From an uncultured delta proteobacterium (GTDB taxonomy: Bacteria; Desulfobacterota; Binatia; UBA9968), in assembly GCA_963847445.1 (NCBI GenBank), contig CAWJZV010000030.1:128001-192000 (forward strand): a DNA stretch of 64,000 nt. Direction: 5' to 3'. The position numbers and the translations under genes were made by a program. Within the stretch, counting starts at the first letter, position 1, and every line of letters begins with the position of its first letter. Shown here one piece after another: positions 61,310-64,000 of this stretch. The notes under the pieces were generated by a model that saw nothing but the letters and a program-made list of their open reading frames with translations, made no database searches and was not told the origin of the DNA.

Positions 61310-62561
61310 TCACCGAACCGCCAGGTTGGCGGCTTGCCGAGCCGTCAGATCTTTAACGACTCGCTCCTTCGTTCGTACGCTTACCCGGTCTTTGGCAACG
61401 GACGTAACCGCGGCGCCAACGGTCTTGGCGGAACCGGCATGAGAAACCGGCTTGCCTGCGAATTGCCCCGATACTGGCTGCGCTGCCGCCTTTCGCACAC
61501 CACCGCCGGCCAGAGCTTTCACCGGGATCGCAGCGGCACGAGCTTGGGCCGCCGAAAACGGTTGGACCTTCTGCGCCGGCAGATTCACCCGGTAACCGGC
61601 GGGAATTACTTTCGTGCCCGCTTCCAGCGCCGGGTTCCATTGGAAAAAGTCGCCCTGGGAAATCGCCGCGGGCCTGAGGACGGCGGCCAGCGCGGTTGTT
61701 TTCTTGACTTCGACCTCGCGCAGGAGCACCGGCTGATGCAGCCGCAAGAATGGAAAGTGTTTCTCCGGCTGGCTGGCGATCTCGACCACGGCAAGAAACT
61801 CGGCGTAAAAATTCTTCGACGCGAAGCCAAAGGTCGGCGATCGATAGCGGCGAATCAGTTCGACCAAATCGCGCGAGCCGACGCTCTCGATGCCGCGAAA
61901 GATCCCTTCGGTGCCGTGATTATAGGCGGTGATCGCCAACGGCCAACTGCCGAGGATGCGATAGTTCTCTTTCAACAACCGCGCCGCCGCTCGGGTCGAC
62001 GCCATCGGATCGCGCCGCTCGTCCACCAGGTCGTCGATGCGCATGAATTTCTTGCCGGTCTCGGGGATGAACTGCCACATGCCGACAGCGCCGGCGCCGG
62101 AACGGGCGCGAACGTTGAACGAAGACTCCACCAGCGGCAAGTACGCCAGCTCGGCCGGCAGCCCCTCAGCGCGAAAGATTTTCTGCATCTGCGCGATATA
62201 GCGGCCGGAGATCCTCAGCCCTTCGCTGAAATGTTCCTTGGCGCCGCGTTGGCTTCGCACCCGGCTCTCGTCGTCGACGAGATCGTATTCCGCGGCGATG
62301 CGCGCGCGTTCGTTGCCAACCAAGGCGCGGCCCTGCTCGGTCTCACCGACACGCAAAACCCGGTAAATCGTTGCCGGATCGATTGGATCGAACAGCAGGA
62401 CTTCGCCATTGCCATGGCGGGTGAAAACTTGCTTCCAGAAATCCACCGCGCCCTGCAGCCCAGCCGGCACCGGGAAGGGACCTTGCTGAGCGCCAAGCGC
62501 AAAAGGGCGAGAAAGCATCAAGCAGCGAAATGACCAGTAAAGAGATTACGTGACGAGACAT
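61310..62561 (-). CDS. MltD-like lytic transglycosylase (frameshift in signal region)
   Basis: LPLVESSF, AGAVGMWQF, DERRDP, LAITAYNHG, GFASKNFYAEF. Confidence 0.92.
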
Positions 62562-62633
62562 GGTTGCGCGCGGAAAATTGATTGATACTAGCAAACAGGT
62601 TAGAGTCAGTCAAAATTTCTTTCGAGATTTGGC

Positions 62634-64000
62634 TTGCCGCGTTACTTTCATCGCTCCTGCTGGCTGCTCCTGCTGATTTGCCTCGCCGCTGGTTGTCGCT
62701 CGTCCGGTCAGCGAGCGGCCGTCCAACTATCTGGTCCTCGGCATCGAAGCCAATCCGGCGCAGCTCGATCCGCGTTACGCCACCGACGCCAACGCCGTGC
62801 GCATCGGCAATCTGATCTACAATTCGCTGCTGCGCGCCGACGAGAAGATGCAGTTGCAAGCCGAGCTGGCCGAGAGCTGGCGCAGGCTCGATGAGCGCAC
62901 TTTTCAATTCGATCTGCGCGACAACGTCAAGTTTCACGACGGCCGGCCGCTCACCGCCGCCGATGTCAAATTTACTTTTGAGTCGATCCTCGATCCCGCC
63001 AACCGTTCGCCCAAGCGGGCGTTGCTCAAACAACTCCGAGCCATCGAACTAGCCGGCAGCCATCGGCTGCGCTTTCATCTAGAACGAACCCCATGCGCCC
63101 TTCGTCGAACACTTCACGCTCGGCATCGTGCCCCAGGGATCGCCTGCGGACCATCGCCCACCGCCCGGCTCCGGGCCGTTCATCCTAGAGCAATACGAGT
63201 CCGGCGAGAAAGTTGCTCTTGAAAGCGAACCCACACTACTGGGAAAACAAACCGGCGCTGGACGGCTTGGTATTCAAAATCGTCCCCGACGCCATGGTGC
63301 GAGCCTTGGAGTTTAAGCAAGGCGCCATCGATTTCATGCAAAACGATCTCGAGCCCGACATGCTGCCCTGGCTGAAGAACCAGACCAATGCCGAGGTCAC
63401 CGCCCATCAAGGCACGACTTTTCAATACATCGGCATCAACCTCACCCATCCGATCCTGCAAACAGCTCAAAGTCCGCCAAGCGCTCGCCCACGCCATCGA
63501 CCGCGCGCGCATCATTCGCCATTTGCTCAAAGACGCCGCGGTCGCCGCCAACGGCTTGATATCGCCGCTCAACCAAGCCTACGACAATAGCGTGATGGAA
63601 TGGCCCTACGATCCAGCCAAAGCCAAGCAGCTGCTCGACGACGCCGGCTTCAAAGACCCCGACGGCGACGGTCCAAGAGCGCGCTTTCGGCTTTCCTACA
63701 AGACGACCAATATCGATCTGCGCCGGCGCATCGCCGAAGCGTTAAAGGAGCAACTGCTGCAAGTCGGCATCGAGCTGGAGATCCGCAGCTACGAGTGGGG
63801 CACGTTTTTCAGCGACGTGAAAAAAGGCAACTTCCATCTTTACTCGCTCGCCTGGGTCGGCATCCGCGACCCGGATGTTCAGCATCAAATCTTTCATTCG
63901 GCCAGCGTGCCGCCCAACGGCGACAACCGCGGCCGTTACGCCAACCCGCAAGTCGATCGCTTGCTCGATCGCGGCCGCGTCGCCATGGAGCCGGCGGAAC
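62634..64000 (+). CDS. Peptide/nickel ABC transporter substrate-binding lipoprotein (family 5), partial and frameshifted
   Basis: Lipobox LAAGC, LDPRYATD, FHDGRPLTAADVKFTF, GSGPF, ANPHYW, VRQALAHAIDR, YDPAKAKQLLDDAG. Confidence 0.92.

Noticed and set aside
61292-62533. 413-aa plus-strand ORF
   Set aside because: Antisense to the clear lytic transglycosylase gene.

Overview
GC-rich bacterial chromosomal segment. The gene content (NMT1-type binding protein, several TPP enzymes, UbiD, LLM oxidoreductase, ccsA-hemACDB) suggests a deltaproteobacterial-type organism, possibly Ca. Binatia; this is inference only. Many genes, including housekeeping ones, are split by 1-bp indels, most likely long-read consensus errors. 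In order, the window contains: catabolic enzymes; a PDZ sensor kinase; an RfaH-like NusG paralog; the prkA-yeaH-spoVR operon; aroE; a ~19 kb copper/heavy-metal island (CusCBA, CopA, multicopper oxidase, TolC, CusF, two related c-type cytochromes, Met-rich proteins); lgt, dtd and trmL; an ABC exporter; ubiD; coxGMS; rpoH and rpoZ; a comDE-like/LLM/RidA operon; GST; a penicillin acylase; and the haem operon. The most notable observations are: (1) an exported, Cys-free peroxiredoxin with an in-frame UGA at the peroxidatic position and a SECIS-like hairpin (a selenoprotein split by the ORF caller), next to cytochrome c'; (2) three similar DUF2946/CutF/CruR-like leader ORFs ending in (L/I)R(I/V)-stop, each heading a copper operon and in two cases followed by hairpins, a candidate translation-coupled metal-sensing system; (3) a cytochrome c-CusF fusion; (4) a dispersed family of 9-bp-periodic GTTC/GAAC tandem-inverted repeats. 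No rRNA, tRNA, CRISPR array, transposase or integrase was recognised.
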